The notes under the pieces were generated by a model. That model was not told the origin of the DNA. It did no database searches and saw only the letters and a list, made by a program, of their open reading frames with translations. Shown piece by piece: positions 52,101-64,000 of a DNA stretch of 64,000 nt; position 1 is the first letter of the stretch, and each line of letters opens with the position of its first letter. The stretch lies in assembly GCA_030141605.1 (NCBI GenBank), contig JAQGDQ010000659.1, forward strand, positions 1 through 64,000, in the 5' to 3' direction. The DNA is from Tubiluchus corallicola (lineage: Eukaryota; Animalia; Priapulida). The position numbers and the translations under genes were made by a program.

Positions 52101-55100
52101 TAGAATAGATTATCTAGTCTTTCTCGCGCAGTAATTATGCCCCTTCTTTTCTAGAAATAACTCTGAATGACAAAACATTTGTAACGCAACACGTGGAAAA
52201 GTACACCCTAGCTGCCTCATACAGCTTTTTCCCATTTGAAAAATGAAGCACAGATTTAAAACTTCGACAAACAAACAATAGAAAAGTTTTGTAAGACATA
52301 ATTGAAATCACACCAAAGTCAGAATGATAACAATATCAACAACGACGACGACAACGGCGACAATGACAACAAAAACAGTACGGGCAGCAACAACAATAGC
52401 AACAGGGACACCAACAACGACAGCAGTAGCAGCAACAGCAACAGCGTAAGAGCAAAAACAGCAGCAGCAGCACCAAAAGCAATAAAATGCTGATGGTGCA
52501 AATGACTGCACCGCCACCACCAACACTACGTTAGAGTCCACCACTAGTCATGATTAGGTTAAGCAAATGATGTCATATACAAGTATAAGCAATTCAGATC
52601 ATCAATGTATTTCACAACGAAGATGCGAAGTTTCTCTTACGTTCTATAAATTCACTATATCATCTATTTCTCTGTATTTTCTCTATATCAATACCTTTCA
52701 CGCCGAAACTGCAATCGTCAATCTTCAGGTCACTACCGTCACTGTCCGAAACTTGTACGTTCAGAGTAAGTTCCTCCAATGACCAGCTGTTGGCCTGAGC
52801 GACAAACTGGCGCGTGGCCGTGATGTAGCCGGCCGGAACGAAGAGTCCGCCCAACCAAACGTTCACATTCTGTTGCAAAAGAGAAAAAATGGTTTAACGC
52901 CTTCGCAGCTAAACTACAGAAATTGCTAATCAATGAGAATCATTATGTCATGCAAGACAGAAAAATGGAGTTTCGTGGTCATGCTGTATCTTGCTGCATT
53001 ATCCCATTATTTCTACAAAATGCCCTAAGTGACACGCATCGTTAAGTACCCACCAACTACAACCAGGACAAGAGCATGTTTCACTTCCATTGTGTTTTTG
53101 AAAAGTAGCTTAAAGATCACAATGCATACACTACATTCGATCTAGAACCACGAGTGAAATGTGCTGCTTCTGTGATGCTGTAGGTTTTCCTTAACAATAA
53201 TAATTTTAAATCTTTACCTCCGGATTTGGAGACACTAGATAATGATACCTTTAACTCTTTAGCTCCAGATTTGGAGACACTAGATAATGATACCTTTAAC
53301 TCTTTAGCTCCAGATTTGGAGACACTAGATAATGATACCTTTAACTCTTTAGCTCCAGATTTGGAGACACTAGATAATGATACCTTTAACTCTTTAGCTC
53401 CAGATTTGGAGACACTAGATAATGATACCTTTAACTCTTTAGTTCCAGATTTGGAGACACTAGATAATGATACCTTTAACTCTTTAGCTCCGGATTTGGA
53501 GACACATATAATAATGATACCTTTAACTCTTTAGCTCAGGATTTGGAGACACTACATAATAATGATACCTTTAACTCTTTAGCTCCGGATTTGGAGACAC
53601 ATATAATAATGATACCTTTAACTCTTTAGCTCAGGATTTGGAGACACTACGTAATAATGATACCTTTAACTCTTTAGCTCCGGATTTGGAGACACTAGAT
53701 AATAATGATACCTTTAACTCTTTAGCTCAGGATTTGGAGACACTACATAATAATGATACCTTTAACTCTTTAGCTCCGGATTTGGAGACACATATAATAA
53801 TGATACCTTTAACTCTTTAGCTCAGGATTTGGAGACACTACGTAATAATGATACCTTTAACTCTTTAGCTCCGGATTTGGAGACACTACATAATAATGAT
53901 ACCTTTAACTCTTTAGCTCCGGATTTGGAGACACTACATAATAATGATACCTTTAACTCTTTAGCTCCGGATTTGGAGACACTACATAATAATGATACCT
54001 TTAACTCTTTAGCTCCGGATTTGGAGACGGCTTGTGAGATCTCCTGCAGCTGATTAATTCGCTCAGCAAAGTCAGCAATCCACTGTATGACCGTCACTCC
54101 AGTAGGAACGCGATACACTTTCCAGCTGCTCGGGATAATTCCTGTAAACAATTAAACACGATTTTTCATTATGATATTGATAGATCTAGGCTGTACAAGT
54201 AAAGGATGAAAGCACCTGGAAAAATAAAAGACATTATATTGAACATTATCGATAATAACAAGTGAAAACGGGGGGTGCTGCAGTTCCACAACACTATACA
54301 CGAGCCGCCACTGTTGGGGTGCCTTAGGTATAGCCTTGTATATAAGTCATATCGTCATTAGCATGGTCACAGAAATGTGGGTAAGCAAAATGTGCCCTCA
54401 TCCCTGCAGGAAAGATACGGTCCTTCGTGGTACAAAAGCTGGGTTGTGCGAGATGAAACTGTGCTGGAATGAATAGGAAAATAAAACAGCGGAGCTCTGA
54501 CATGAGCCTGATTTTAATAAATTTATTTGTAAGAATTTAATTATGAATAATGTTTTACACTAAACCAGCTAGTGAACGTGACCTATAGCTCACACATATC
54601 CATGTATGTTTGACTTACACACATTCAGTTTCAATAGCTAAGCAGATTTTTAAACAGTATTTGTTTATTCATACTTTGCATACATGAAAACATTTATAAT
54701 GTAATAAATCATATAAATTGTAAACAGAAATGGCGAGACTGTTTGTAAATAAAAATGTTTCACTGTGTCAGATGACTATGTTTAAATGTTATAACCCCAA
54801 GAATCAAACAAAAACTTTGAAGGCTTATTTACAGCAGCATAAATAACCCACAATTCTGCATTATTTAATAGAGATCCGTAATAACACCACAATTCCGGAA
54901 CTAAAAACAGCCGTTATAAAATGCAGCCACCAACAGCAACAAGTATTTGCAGTAAGCGCGGAGAATCCATCAGCATTTCATCTGGACAACAATCTTCGGG
55001 TTCTAAGAATGTCTGTTAACACTCACTTGATATTAGTGTTAGTTATTGAGTTGTGGACGGTGAGACTGACCACTGAGTGGGGCACACTTACCCCCATGCC

Positions 55101-58100
55101 GACTTACAGGACAACGCATGGAACCACGAAGGCATCTACAACACGCACAACCACTATAGTGAGTTTAATCAGTGAGCCGTCTACAACGGATAAACCCGAA
55201 GAGTTGTCTACAGAGAGTTTAACCAGTGAGCCGTCTACAACGGATAAAACCGAAGAGTTGTCTACAGTGAGTTTAACCAGTGAGCCGTCTACAACGGATA
55301 CAACCGAAGAGTTGTCTACAGTGAGTTTGACCAGTGAGCCGTCTACAACGGATGCAACCAATAAGTTGTCTACAGTGAGTTTAACCAGTGAGCTGTCTAC
55401 AACGGATACAACCGAAGAGTTGTCTAGAGTGAGTTTAACCAGTGAGCTGTCTACAATGGATACAACCGAAGAGTCGTCTACAGTGAGTTTAACCAGTGAG
55501 CTGTCTACAACGGATACAACCAAAGAGCCATCTACAGTGAGTTTAACCAGTGAGCCGTCTACAACGGATACAACCAAAGAGCCATCTACAGTGAGTTTAA
55601 CCAGTGAGCCGTCTACAACGGATACAACCAAAGAGCCATCTACAGTGAGTTTAACCAGTGAGCCGTCTACAACGGATACAACCAAAGAGTTGTCTACAGT
55701 GAGTATAACCAGTGAGCCGTCTACAACGGATACAACCAGAGGGCTATCTACTGTGAGTTTGACCAGTGAGCCATCTACAGTGGATACATCCAAAGGGTCA
55801 TCTACAGTGAGTTTAAACAGTGAGCCGTCTATAACGGATACAACCAAAGGGCTATCTACAGTGAGTTTGACCAGTGAGCCATCTACAATGAATGAAACCA
55901 TTGAGCCACCTACAGTGGATACATCCAAAGGGTCGTCTACAGCGAGTTTGACCAGCGAGCCGTCTACAATGAATGAAACCAGTGAGCTGCTTACAACAAG
56001 TTCAATCAATAACGCAGATGGATCACAGACGGAAAAAAGCAAACTGTTCATATTCCTCATATGCACTCTAAGCATAGCTCTAGCGGGTTTCGCTTTTTTC
56101 GCGATCTGGAAGTACTGTCGTTCGGTAAGTCGATACAAGGTGGCCCAAAAGAGCAGTAACTCGCCAGTATGATCCTGTCACCCAAAGAATCTGATTCAAA
56201 TGCTGTTAATATTGTAGTCTGAAGTTGGCAATGATTTCGCAAAATGAGTAGAAAAATTTGCAATGTTGTAGTGAAGCTTTAGGCCCGTGTCATGCAGAGC
56301 TGGACATAATATGTAAGGGGCTAAGCCGCGAGGAGAAAAAGCAGCCTCACGAACAATGAACGTATGCTGACCAACAGCCCCTGTCACGCAGATAATCCAT
56401 TTGCCACCTTCCTCTAACCGCGGTTTCCCTACTGTAAGCCGTCAGCCATAATCCACGGTAGGCTCCTCATAAGTCATTTTGAGCGGTTTCATAACGCGCC
56501 TTATTGCGAAACGAATTCGACTACAAGGCACTTTGGGTCATCGCAAACACCGTAATTAGCATGTTTGTCGTTTTTGCAGAATAGCAGAATGGTCACATAA
56601 ACGTCAAAAATCAATTTTTAACACGACATTTCACAAGCACTGCAATTAGATATGTGCAGTCCTGAAACGGATTATTGCATAACACTTTACTATTTGCACA
56701 GAGTAAGGAGCAGGTAGCATATTATGCTATGCACCTTACGGAAGACGGAAGACACCTTATAGCTTATGGCTTGCGGGTTATGCTCCTTATGCCTATCATT
56801 GTGTGACACGGGCATTTGTAGTGTTTTAAGTCCATCAGAGTGTCTTTGAAATAGATTTTAGTAGACTTGGTAAATGGTTTAGATTGATAATGTTAATTGA
56901 AAGTTGCGTATATAACACGTTGTAAGCTTAATGTAGTTAATGTCCAATTTTGCTGTAAGAAACCGCTTTTGTATATGACTGCTGATGTAATTTAATGATA
57001 ACCATTTTGCAACCAATTAATGAATGTTTTATATCTATATATATGTATATATATGTTTACTGACTGATTAAGAGATAGTCGAACATGATATTTTGGTTCA
57101 GTCCATAGTTCACTAGAAAAAAAGGACTTTTGATCACATAACGTGCTCATTACTGTCCAAAAATAGCCAAAAAATTGTTTACAAATTCACGATAAACACT
57201 TACGATCACATAACATGATCATTACAGTCCAAAAATCACTAAAGAGTTATTTACAAATTCACAATATGACATTGGGTTTCCATTGAAAAATTCATGCAGA
57301 TCGTTGAAGCTCAGTTCAGTGTTATCTTCACGAAGGTGATTCGTAAGTGGACAAAAACAGATAACATGCTCTTCTGTTTGAATGTTTAAACCGGGACAGG
57401 AGCATAGCCTGTCCTCTCTTTTTATCCTTGCCCATCTTCCAGTCTCAATAGCTAGGTTATGTGAGGAGAGGCGTAACGGAGATGTTTACAAAGGTTACAT
57501 ATTAGCAAACTGTTCATATAGCTAGACGTTGTTCTTCAAAGCAAGACCGTTTGTGAATCACAGCTTTCCCATAATATTTGTTAGTTCGTGCATAGAACGA
57601 TCTAACTACTCCAGCACTGATCCGTGGAGACTGAAGCACTTGGTCCATTGCAGCGAGTAGGGAGTCCTGACATAAAGAGGTGAACAGAATCATATCCCAG
57701 GATGCATGACGATGATGGTGGTGATGATGAAGCCATATGTGTGCTTGCAAACCAAAATCATCCATAAGTCGGCATAGTTAAAATTACGTTATGATGCTTC
57801 AAAGCAGAATGCAGCAAAAATTTGATCAAATGTGAGTTTTTTCTTTTTTATAAAAACAAATGCTAAATATATTGGACTTTTATATTCTAACATCAAACTG
57901 CCAGGGAAGTGTTAAAAATACTAAAACTTTAATTTTATAACCCCTTAGTGTAACTTGTGGAAGCAGTGGCTTTGCTTCAGATTTTCTCTCCTGGGTTACC
58001 AAGGCCAGATCTTCGTCACGAAGAGCCATCTACTGGATTTAAACACAACTTCAATGTGTTCTTGCAAAGTCCATAGCAACCAACATTTGTGCGGTTACCA

Positions 58101-61100
58101 AGTCTTGTGAAAATGGGACAAAAAACAATGGCTAACTTTAACAGTGATTTTCTCAAGATTATGTTTTTCAGTGCATAACCTATATCTCAACTTCAACGTG
58201 GATTATTTCAGCTTAGAAATAACGTAGAGCGATGAGCTTGGTATCAAAACGATCCTCATGAAATGGAGATTCGGGACGTGTGAATAACTAGGAAAGATTG
58301 ATTGCTGATTTGAGACGATGTCTAGATTTGAGCAGCAAGTCTTGCTCACTGCTGATTTTTGTAGCAGCCCAAAGCCAGGCTCATTATCAAGGACACATCT
58401 CCAAGACGAGGCATTGAACACAGCAGCTCGTGTGTAAACAGCCAGAATCAGTATAGCAAAAGAAACTGACCACAGAGTAGCACATGTCACGGGTACGGGT
58501 GCCGCTATTGGACTAGGCCAGGGGCGTGCAAATTATCTGACTAGCCGGGCCATATGAAACATTCTTGCAATTCCTGTGGGCCACATGCAGTTTGGTCAAG
58601 GAGCCAAGTACAGTAGGACCTAATAACAATTTTTTTTGCATTCGATTTGCGCACATCATCACTACTGCATTACTACATTCAAGAAACTATTTTAGAAGTT
58701 ATTAAAATGTATATTAAAAACCGTATATTTCGTCAGTGACATTAAGTGTTAACGGTCTTGTAAGGGCTAATACCATCCGATCTAGAGGAAAAAACTACCC
58801 GCACTATCTTTGCGACATTGGCACAGATTTCAGCTGGATCACGTGGGCCGCACTTTCATTACATTGACAAACCTCTTCGCGGGCCGCACAAGATCTCTTG
58901 GCGGGCCGCAAGTGGCCCGGGGGCCGCAATTTGCACACCTCTGGACTAGGCGCTGTAAGGATGAAATCTTGGGCCTGCTTTGAACTAGTAGCTTGTATGC
59001 CAGTGCACGAGGCATCTAATCACAGGTCACAAGTTCAAGTCCCAGTCAGTGCACAATTTTTGAGCGTCTGCATTTCTTTTTTAACTCATTACTCGCAGTG
59101 GTTTATGAGCCTATTATGGCAATCACTTCATAATGTGATTAAGGTTAACAAACTTAACCCAAACAATCATACAAACCTGCCTGATACTGTTTAGAAGAAT
59201 CAATGACTCTATAACATAAGCATTGAAAATCAATGACTAATTAACTATAAATAGCAACATTTGAAAAACAACATGTCTTACCTTTAGCAAGCTCAGCAAC
59301 TAGACCTCTTAGGTAATTCGTCTGCTTCTTCTGTCCCACGCACACCTCCAGGACATCCGTCAAGTCGCGGCGCACCTGCTCTAGAAGCTTAGCGCCCAGG
59401 TTCACCTCCCTCTCAAAGTACCGATACAGAGGATCCTTGATGTTGTCCATGGTCCGCTTCAGAATCGGCAGCTTCTTCGGAACGATCTTCATCCAAGTGA
59501 CGGCCGTCTCGTGCAGAGTCCGCATCCACGCCGGACGTCCGTCGGCTTCCCGTTTCTCTTTCTGTCCCTCCGGGGACAGCTCCTCGTCGTCTTGGAGCAG
59601 CTCCATCTTCAGCAGCTTAGCAATCAAGTCTCCTCCTAAAATAGGAAATTAACCAAGTCAATTAGCAAGTCGGTGAGTTGGCTTTTTCAAAAAATAGTAA
59701 GACACATTCGCGTTTGTTGCAACAAAATTATTCTAGGGTTGTTTTTCTTATAATTTCTGCAAATTAGACTTCTAAAAATAGTCAACGTCTAACTGATATC
59801 TAAAAATAGTCAACATCTAACTTATATCTAAAAATAGTCAACATCTAACTGATATCTAAAAATAGTCAACATCTAACTGATATCTAAAAATAGTCAACAT
59901 CTAACTGATATCTAAAAATAGTCAACATCTAACTTATATCTAAAAATAGTCAACATCTAACTTATATCTAAAAATAGTCAACATCTAACTTATACCTAAA
60001 AATAGTCAACATCTAACTTACCGTATTTTCCCGTGTATAAGAGACCCTTGTGTATAAGAGACCCCTTCAATTTTTAGGCAAAAATTCTGTAAAAAAGTTT
60101 TTTCAGACGGACATTTTTAGAGGGTAAAGTACAACTTTTTTCAACTCAGTGCGGTACTGAAAACAAAATAAAACCAGTTAATGTGTTGTAGAAAAAGAGT
60201 ACTGGTATATATTAAAGTGCGTACCTGCAAACCTGTAACAGGAAAAGAGAAAACGAGGAGATAATGCCTGTGTCACGATGCTTGTATTGCTTACAACCGC
60301 TTCATAGTCGAACGCGACACGCAAAACAGTTGTAGAGCACTTATTTCTTTAAAATCATTAGTGTCACAATTTATGCATCTTATTGAAAAGACTTACTCCC
60401 ATGTATAAGAGACCCCCTATTTTTAAAGTGAAAATTCTGAGTAAAAAAGGGTCTCTTATACACGGGAAAATACGGTATATCTAAAAATAGTCAACATCTA
60501 ATTTATATCTAAAAATAGTCAACATCTAACTTATATCTAAAAATAGTCAACATCTAACTTATACCTAAAAATAGTCAACATCTAACTGATATCTAAAAAT
60601 AGTCAACGTCTAACTGATATCTAAAAATAGTCAACATCTAACTTATATCTAAAAATAGTCAACATCTAACTTATACCTAAAAATAGTCAACATCTAACTT
60701 ATATCTAAAAATAGTCAACATCTAACTTATATCTAAAAATAGTCAACATCTAACTTATATCTAAAAATAGTCAACATCTAACTTATATCTAAAAATAGTC
60801 AACACCTAACTTATATCTAAAAATAGTCAACATCTAACTGATATCTAAAAATAGTCAACATCTAACTTATATCTAAAAATAGTCAACATCTAACTGATAT
60901 CTAAAAATAGTCAACATCTAACTGATATCTAAAAATAGTCAACATCTAACTGATATCTAAAAATAGTCAACATCTAACTGATATCTAAAAATAGTCAACA
61001 TCTAACTTATATCTAAAAATAGTCAACATCTAACTGATATCTAAAAATAGTCAACATCTAACTGATATCTAAAAATAGTCAACATCTAACTGACATCTAA

Positions 61101-62489
61101 AAATAGTCAACATCTAACTTATACCTAAAAATAGTCAACATCTAACTTATACCTAAAAATAGTCAACATCTCTAAAAATAGTCAACATCTAACTTATATC
61201 TAAAAATAGTCAACATCTAACTTATATCTAAAAATAGTCAACATCTAACTTATATCTAAAAATAGTCAACATCTAACTGATATCTAAAAATAGTCAACAT
61301 CTAACTGATATCTAAAAATAGTCAACATCTAACTGATATCTAAAAATAGTCAACATCTAACTGACATCTAAAAATAGTCAACATCCACTTATACCTAAAA
61401 ATAGTCAACATCTAACTTATACCTAAAAATAGTCAACATCTCTAAAAATAGTCAACATCTAACTTATACCTAAAAATAGTCAACATCTAACTTATACCTA
61501 AAAATAGTCAACATCTAACTTATACCTAAAAATAGTCAACATCTAACTTATATCTAAAAATAGTCAACATCTAACTTATAGAGCAGGGGTGTGCAAATTA
61601 TCTGACTAGCCGGGCCACATTAAACTTTCCCGCAATTCCTGCGGGCCACAGGCAGTTTGATCAAGGAGCCAAGTACAGAAAGGCCTAATAACGAATTTTT
61701 TGCATCCGACCTGCGTACATCATTACTACTACACTCAAGAAACTATTTTAGAAGTTATTAAAATTTATATTACAAACTATATATTTCTACTTTCAGGACA
61801 GATAGTACAATGCATATTAGTAATGTGTATCACACAGTCTGTGTAGTACAGTAACATTAAGCTACAACCATCTTGTAAGGGTTAATGGCATCCGATCTAG
61901 TAGAAAAAACTACCCGCACTATCTATGGAATCGTGGCACGGACTTCAGCTGGATACACTCAATTCATCGCCCGGGCCGCACAAATTCTCTTGGCGGGCTG
62001 TAAGTGGCCCGCGGGCCGCAATTTGCACACCCCTGGATTAGAACTACACATTTTAAGCAGATCACCTGTTTACTAACAGTAAAAGTTAAATGTAAGAAAA
62101 TACGGCTAAATTAGAAAGTCAGAAAAAACCCTATTGTCTTAGACGGTTTGATTGCTGAGTTCTGTTTAGTATGAACAGATGTAGGGATGAGAATTTGTCA
62201 TTATCATCCCTGCAGATGTGTAAACTGTCATCAGTTTGTTGCGTCTTTATTGGTAGTTCAAGTCAAAAACATGTCAACAACAGACTTACATCCTAATAAT
62301 TGTACGTGTAACTTCGTCGTGACGTAAGAGCAGCGCGGAACTTTGTTTGAAACAACTCCATGTAAAAGAAGAAAAAAAATCGAACCTCTAGTAGTAAGAA
62401 GAACTTTCTCGGCATTGTTCGGTAACCCCAACCAAGATGGAGTCTGTAGACTTGACATGCTTTCCGTCCATTGAACAAACTGTTCACGT
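49138..62489 (-). CDS. DYNC1H1: Cytoplasmic dynein 1 heavy chain, last six coding exons
   Basis: Phase-compatible exons 62489-62386, 59635-59282, 54141-53999, 52869-52695, 50392-50265 and 49275-49138. They give [30 protein letters not shown]...[27 protein letters not shown]...[45 protein letters not shown]...[10 protein letters not shown] and LPVYLNSAR...[10 protein letters not shown]. The gene continues beyond 64000. Confidence 0.96.
49625..50170. repeat. 24-25-bp minisatellite
   Basis: Unit GCCGCCACTGGTTTTCACGTAGTGC. Confidence 0.95.
51013..51943. mobile_element. TA-flanked TIR element containing a nested hAT-like element
   Basis: TA|CACTCATATCTCGGTTTGCCGGAC ... GTCCGGCAAACCGAGAATGTGAGTG|TA; a related copy lies at 63280-64000. 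Confidence 0.8.
51405..51907. mobile_element. hAT-like MITE with 6-bp TSD
   Basis: GTAAAA|CAGGGACGAGAAT ... ATTCTCATCCCTG|GTAAAA. Confidence 0.8.
52320..52475. repeat. Degenerate (CAA/CAG/GAC)n tract
   Basis: Visible low complexity. Confidence 0.8.
53218..54028. repeat. 45-48-bp minisatellite made of the DYNC1H1 exon/intron donor junction, ~17 units
   Basis: The - strand unit GTCTCCAAATCCGGAGCTAAAGAGTTAAAG|GTATCATTAT... is the last 30 nt of the exon plus the intron start. Confidence 0.95.
55009..56172 (+). CDS. Intronless mucin-like type I membrane glycoprotein (387 aa), nested antisense in a DYNC1H1 intron
   Basis: ATG plus hydrophobic signal ([12 protein letters not shown]), ~14 x 18-aa Ser/Thr/Glu repeats ([18 protein letters not shown]), a TM helix ([22 protein letters not shown]) and a basic 20-aa tail. 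The unique ends are in frame with the repeat. Confidence 0.8.
   Translation: MSVNTHLILVLVIELWTVRLTTEWGTLTPMPTYRTTHGTTKASTTRTTTIVSLISEPSTTDKPEELSTESLTSEPSTTDKTEELSTVSLTSEPSTTDTTEELSTVSLTSEPSTTDATNKLSTVSLTSELSTTDTTEELSRVSLTSELSTMDTTEESSTVSLTSELSTTDTTKEPSTVSLTSEPSTTDTTKEPSTVSLTSEPSTTDTTKEPSTVSLTSEPSTTDTTKELSTVSITSEPSTTDTTRGLSTVSLTSEPSTVDTSKGSSTVSLNSEPSITDTTKGLSTVSLTSEPSTMNETIEPPTVDTSKGSSTASLTSEPSTMNETSELLTTSSINNADGSQTEKSKLFIFLICTLSIALAGFAFFAIWKYCRSVSRYKVAQKSSNSPV
57738..58320. mobile_element. Second copy of the ~650-bp TIR element
   Basis: Collinear with 43312-43950. Confidence 0.75.
58519..58943. mobile_element. hAT (Charlie-like) MITE with 8-bp TSD
   Basis: GACTAGGC|CAGGGGCGTGCAAATT ... AATTTGCACACCTCTG|GACTAGGC. 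Confidence 0.9.
59771..61580. repeat. 28-bp minisatellite interrupted by a MITE
   Basis: Unit TCTAAAAATAGTCAACATCTAACTTATA. Confidence 0.97.
60021..60475. mobile_element. Tc1/mariner(pogo)-like MITE
   Basis: TA|CCGTATTTTCCCGTGTATAAGAGACCC ... GGGTCTCTTATACACGGGAAAATACGG|TA, perfect 27-bp TIR. Confidence 0.92.
61584..62035. mobile_element. hAT (Charlie-like) MITE, same family as 58519
   Basis: CAGGGGTGTGCAAATT ... AATTTGCACACCCCTG; the TSD is imperfect. Confidence 0.85.
62182..62212. mobile_element. 31-bp minimal derivative of the CAGGGATGAGAAT family
   Basis: CAGATG|TAGGGATGAGAATTTGTCATTATCATCCCTG|CAGATG. Confidence 0.65.
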
Positions 62490-63279
62490 CTATAAATAGA
62501 AACACGAATCAGGCAAATTCTGACCTGAGAGGCTTTAAAAATTAATTAGCTTTGAATTAACCAATGATTGATGATGATGGTAAAAAGGTCAAAGGTTAAG
62601 TGTACCATATTTGAGTATACTTGACAACGCCTTGCTGCTCATGCTTTTTTAACTAGCCCTAGCTAGTTTTAACAGCTAGCTAGAACGTTTCCTAGTTCAT
62701 TTTTTCTTGTTCCCAAGCAAGATACTGGTAATAAATCACTCTGCGCACTGACTAATGCATAATTAAGTAAAGTCCATGTAAAACAACAGAAGTCACTGAA
62801 CTGATGTGGCAGGCAGCTTTGCTTTACGCACACGTGAAGGTTGTAGTTAAGATGCGTTGCTGTAGTACGCTTAACTTTTCTGAGCTACAGCAATCTTTTT
62901 TTGCAAGTTCTGCATGTTTGTTGGTCATAAGTTTTTCTGTAACTTGTACATTATACAATAAAGGACACCGCTGTCCTTTACCTTCAATATATTAGTTCCT
63001 CAAGTGCATGCACGACTGAGTGACTGTATGCGTGAGGCATGTGTGAGTATTACCGCCACTGGTAGGGAGTCAGTTGTGCACTGTAACCATGACGACACAG
63101 TCGAGTCATACATGCCACTCAGAATAGCATTCTCATGATGGCAGATTCTCATCATACAGGCAGTGAGGTTAAGATCAGGTTTTAAAGTAAAACTCCAGCC
63201 TCACTAACAATTTTTAGCAAAACTTTAAGAAACACGTGTTGAAATAATATTCCCATCGCATTTGTAAAATAATTAAATG

Positions 63280-64000
63280 CACTCGTATCTCGGTTTGCCA
63301 GACCTCGCTTTTACAGACATCGGAAGAATCGGACAAAATCTGGACCGTTAAAAGTCCCGCATACGACGGACACCGTCCCCGTTATTTCGCGAGCTGGCTG
63401 CTAGATGTCGGGCCATCACTTTGTTTAAATCACATACATTCAGTGTATTCATGTGTACATCTGTATGTATGAAAATATCGTTGCATTGTGAGTCTAATAT
63501 ACAGGATGCCCACACTGTATCTTGGTACTAAGTGGAGGAGCTACACAAGCAGCCAACGGCTGGAAGGCGGAGGAGGTCAAGTGACCCAATATGTAGAGGA
63601 GTAAACCTTCCAAATCAGGAGTAGAGCCCCGAAGGACCAGTGCAGCATGCTCACTGACTCCGGCAGCTCTTGCAGCCAACCTGGTGCCAAACGTATCGCT
63701 CCGCTTTCCTTTGGACTACACCAGGGAGGAAGAGAGGGGGTTCCTGTTGTCTGGGCAACTCAGGATGTCCATACACCTTGCCCAGGCGTGCGCCCTGGAG
63801 ACGTTCAAGGATCGCACTGCTCAGCCACAGTCGACGCTGCAGCTCCATCAATGTGATCGATAACTGACTCTCTTGGCGCACACTCCATTGTCTTCCGAGA
63901 CAGAAGGATGCCAACAACACACGGCACTTACTGCAATAGCTTAGTATCATAAATGCGGACGGCAAATTCGGACCGGCGTCGCTTTTGTCCGACAAACCGA
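63280..64000. mobile_element. TIR element related to 51013-51943, interrupted by a SINE
   Basis: CACTCGTATCTCGGTTTGCC ... GTCCGACAAACCGA (runs off the window end). Confidence 0.7.
63504..63918 (+). mobile_element. Body and tail of the 5S-SINE family, lacking the 5S head
   Basis: Collinear with the reverse complement of 23924-24304; ends GAAGGATGCCAACAAC. Confidence 0.88.

Noticed and set aside
53226-54053. + strand [15 protein letters not shown] ORFs resembling LRR cassettes
   Set aside because: They superficially resemble LRR units, but they are the antisense reading of the amplified dynein donor and have frequent frameshifts.
55104-56138. 344-aa - strand ORF
   Set aside because: Antisense shadow of the mucin repeat; the + frame has the coherent signal/TM layout.
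58985-59055. tRNA-like segment (also ~625-652 on the - strand)
   Set aside because: Only a degenerate B-box is visible and no cloverleaf; at most a decayed SINE head.

Overview
AT-rich, intron-containing animal DNA, probably from an invertebrate; the taxon cannot be fixed from this sequence alone. Genes reconstructed by hand from splice sites and peptides: five internal exons of ALDH4A1 (+, its last exons were not found); a two-exon secreted, probably GPI-anchored LRR protein (+); a C2H2 zinc-finger gene with a decaying 3' finger array (+); complete VTI1B (+, 7 exons, one GC-AG intron); the six 3' exons of cytoplasmic dynein heavy chain DYNC1H1 (-); and an intronless mucin-like type I membrane gene nested antisense in a DYNC1H1 intron. 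Much of the remainder is repeat. It includes intron-specific minisatellites, one of which amplifies the DYNC1H1 splice donor about 16 times, and a ~780-bp non-autonomous Helitron family in a head-to-tail array and an inverted pair. There is also a 5S rRNA-headed SINE with a probable RTE-type body, a 1.6-kb near-perfect palindrome joined to a Polinton/Maverick-like AGTAGT terminus, and several MITEs and LINE fragments. Most long ORFs in the supplied track are repeat artefacts. I cannot show that any item is a new biological system. The best candidates are the donor-amplifying dynein minisatellite, the Polinton fold-back, the 5S SINE, and the Helitron-bracketed LRR gene.
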